Positions 60,596-64,000 of a stretch of 64,000 bases of DNA are shown piece by piece. The notes beneath the pieces were generated by a model. The model searched no databases, had not been told where the DNA came from, and saw only the letters and a program-made list of their open reading frames with translations. The position numbers and the translations under genes are program-made. The stretch lies in assembly GCF_008831285.2 (NCBI RefSeq), contig NC_045138.2, positions 39,494,001 to 39,558,000 of the forward strand, in the 5' to 3' direction. Numbering within the stretch: position 1 is the first letter of the stretch; each line of letters opens with the position of its first letter. Source of the stretch: Nymphaea colorata. Taxonomy: Eukaryota.

Positions 60596-63500
60596 TATGA
60601 GAGCGAGTCAAGTCGTTTGAATGTTATTGAAGCATGGTTCAACACTCAAGCCTAAGATCCCACACGTGCAAATATATTAACGGGTGGATTGTAATGCCAC
60701 CTTTTAGAGTTTGGTCCTTCTTCTTGTATTGAAGATTGTGATGGTTTTTAACAATTTTTCAGGTTAAAACAAAAGTTGTTAAGAAGTAGGATAAGATCCA
60801 TCAAACGAAATCGCCTGAGCTTAGTGTGGAAGTGGGTCGAGTTATTTTAGCATGTGTTTGACAACATGCATTATAAAAACATAATTCGGCTTTTTAACTG
60901 TTTGTAGGTTACAAAAATACTCACATTGGGGGATAAAATGACTTAGCTACCAGTTAAATGAGAGAAAAATGCCAGGGTAGCTTTGCTATGTTCCTCCTCC
61001 CAGGTGACATATGCCAATCACTCGTTCAGTAAGTTTGGAGTAAAAGATGAATATGCATTTTTGTCTCCTTGAGGATGTTAGTGCCATCACATCAAAATGG
61101 AATTTAGACTTGATGTTTAGCATAAGAGAGCTCACACTTATATCCAATTGAGCTGGATATTTGGCGAATTTTAATAACATGTCAGATTCGAATCCAGGCT
61201 CAACGATGAAACCAATTAGTTATTGGATCCAAATCTCTTTGCCAAATCTGACTAAATGAATTTGAAATGAAATCAGTAGATCGATTTACATGCTAATATT
61301 TGATGTAGAAATTCTGCAAAAGCCGCTAAACACTTGAATAACGTGTTTACTATTAATATTTTATTTAGTCACTTTTTAATTTCGAATACAAGATTTTTCT
61401 GTGTCAGCTGCTTCCACCCCAGCGGACGGGACGGGGCGATGGAGGAAACGGGCGAAGGAGAAAAGAGTAGGAAAAGGAATCCTGCGTTTGCGTTTGGGAA
61501 GAAGATGAGGAAAAACGAAGGAAATGATGTGGGCGCCACCACTGAGCAACGGGCCCACCGGAAATTGATGAGCGCGCTTCACGAGGAGCCGGCCGCCGTG
61601 GGCCCTCCCAGTTATCGCTCGTGGGGCCACTTACGCTTTTGTGGTGTTAAAGTGGTAACGCTCATGCCGACTAAATCAACACGCAATGTCAAGAAACCGT
61701 TAACCGAGCATCCTGACATCATATATAATATATATATATATATAGTTAGTGATTGATCACTCAATTTACTGATAAGGATTGTGACAAATATTAAACGGTA
61801 AAACCGTTTTTAACGTTTTTTTTGTTTTTCTCTCAACTATTCATAACTTCAACGTTGGATGACTTTCCATAACCAAAGTCAAATGAATAATTACTCTCTA
61901 GCTTTCCAAAGTCATCCAGCAAGGGCATTCAATTCAATATGATGGATGATTAAAACAAAAACAAGGAAAAATGTGATGTATATTTTGATTATCTAGTGTT
62001 AGCTTATGTTTTTTTGTCTTTGTTTTCATCTCAAACATCCATCTATTTTATATAAATGATTATAGTTACATGGTTGTGTGATTATGGATAACCAGAGTTA
62101 TCATTCGTTCACTATATGGATATATGTATACGTAAGACATAAGTGTTCAGTTTCATTCATGTATGAGTTATGCTTCCGAGGATAGAACATGGGGGCAGGC
62201 TGAATTTACATTCTTCCTCCTTGAGACCTCGATGCAGTCATGACCCAAATAGAAGAGTAAAAGTGCTGAGCTTCCCTCTTACTCACCAAGTAAAGTTGAT
62301 TTTATAAGATTTAGTTTAATGAAACAGGAAAAAGTAGAAACCATCTTAAATTTATAACTCATTACTAAGTGGAATTAGACATGAAACAAAATTTGAGAGC
62401 CTCAATCTCAATCTAGAGAACAGCTCGGTGGCTAATCCACAGCCATCTAATCTAAGCTCAGTTGGACCCATTATAAACCTTTCATGTTTTTGTGAGCCCC
62501 CATATTTTGTGAGCGTGTCTGCTTTTTCTATCACCAACCAACAGAACCCCTCATCTTGTCATTGCATCTCGAATCTGGTGTTTAAATGTCTGCCTGGCTT
62601 TTTCAAAAGAAGATTTGATTGATTTTAAGCAATTACGTACTCAAGCAGTAGTTTATAATTTAGACAACCTCTGCCAGCCACAAGTGAAAAACAAAAAGAA
62701 ATAGAAGTTAGAAAATTGAACTCTTATTTTTCTTCAAATATTAAAGATGATATTTGATTATTTACTCATAACTTAAGCGGGTCGGGTTGAAATATAATAG
62801 GACATGAAGCCAGACCAGACCCATTTGCGACGCCACATGAAAAGGTGGAGAGCGAGAAGCTATGGTTTTGAGATCATCAGCTTTCTTCTCTGTCTTCTTA
62901 TTTACTTTAAAAAATAAAACTAAAGCATTCCCTAGTGAGCTATTGGCGTATATCTTGGTTTCCGGGCGGCAGATTCTCAAGGGATCAGCCTTTTGTGACC
63001 TTTTTTTTTTTTTTTCCGGGCTTTTTGTTGCCAATCTTTTTGTTTTTTCTCCCCGAAAGAACGATGCCGCGCTTCGCTTTTTAACTTTTTAATATCTTTG
63101 CGTCACAGAGTTTCCGCGTAAAGTGTGATTCTATTCTCTTGCCAAATTAAGACAAACTTCATTATTGATCCCATGTGTCAACCAGGTTCACCTTTTCTTC
63201 GAACTTGGTGCTGCTAAATCACGTTAAAATTTTGCTTCTAACATCAAACTCTGTTCACAAAAGCTCGTTAACGTTCGTGTTTAATTCTTCATTCAAGTTC
63301 CATGAGTATCTTCTTTTTAAGACTTGCTGATCAATGGATGGTAATGCCATTACTTTACCCTTTTCTTTTATATATATATAACCACTTGAAAGGCACCGTC
63401 AACCAAGTGGAAAGGAAGGAATATGGAGGGCATTCAATATTCTCCTTTCAGTAAATGATCCGTTGGTTCGAAAACGACCGGACCTGATAGAGAATGCCTG

Positions 63501-64000
63501 ATTTAGAGACTAAAAATAAAATATATCATCGAGTCCTGTAATTTATAAGCACAAACTTGGCAGCTAATATGTGTCCATTTCCAACGATCATTATGGACTA
63601 TGATTTCAAGAAAACCTCACTAAAAACCCGAGTTTAGTGCCAAAAACAAGTCTCTAACTTGATTTTTAGCTTAATCCAAACGGGTGCCAGCGTCTAGCCT
63701 TGAACCAACACGATCTTAGTGGACATCAATTTGCAAAAAATAGTGCAGATGTTTGTGCATCGACTTGTGGAACCCTTGGAGGGCCGTTTACGTGATATTT
63801 TAACATCGATAAAAAGAGACAGATCTATGAGATGTTTGCCATTTTGATAGATAGGATGATTACTCAGAAGTTTCAACAGCTTAAATTTTAATGGATTAAT
63901 TGGTTTAGTTTTTGATCCCTGGAAATGAACGATCCAATGCTACTGAACTGGTATTTTGAAGAAGAAGAAGAAGAAGCGTGATCATACTGCACTAACAAGT

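Overview
AT-rich, intron-containing flowering-plant nuclear DNA; no prokaryotic systems, CRISPR arrays, rRNA or tRNA were recognised. I assembled seven spliced genes by hand: a 3xHMG-box protein (-), a TBL O-acetyltransferase (-), an EDR4-like/extra-large-G-protein-like zinc-ribbon protein (-), an uncharacterised coiled-coil protein (-) head-to-head with a 69-aa twin-CX9C protein (+), a SPA1/2-type protein (+) and a plant MLKL-like HeLo-pseudokinase (-). A probable last exon of a gene entering from the left edge is also present. All exon chains close in frame except SPA, which is one base short in exon 3. Other notable points: two GC-AG introns, a diverged copy of the MLKL C-terminal coding tail in its 3' UTR, MSA/CHR-like motifs upstream of 3xHMG-box, three GC islands rich in TCP sites (the SPA one also has G-boxes), hAT and Tourist-like MITEs, and many local tandem duplications. 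Family assignments come from motif recognition and recall, not database searches. I found no clearly new multi-gene system; the best unknowns are the uncharacterised gene pair at 31.7-40.9 kb and the MLKL tail duplication.
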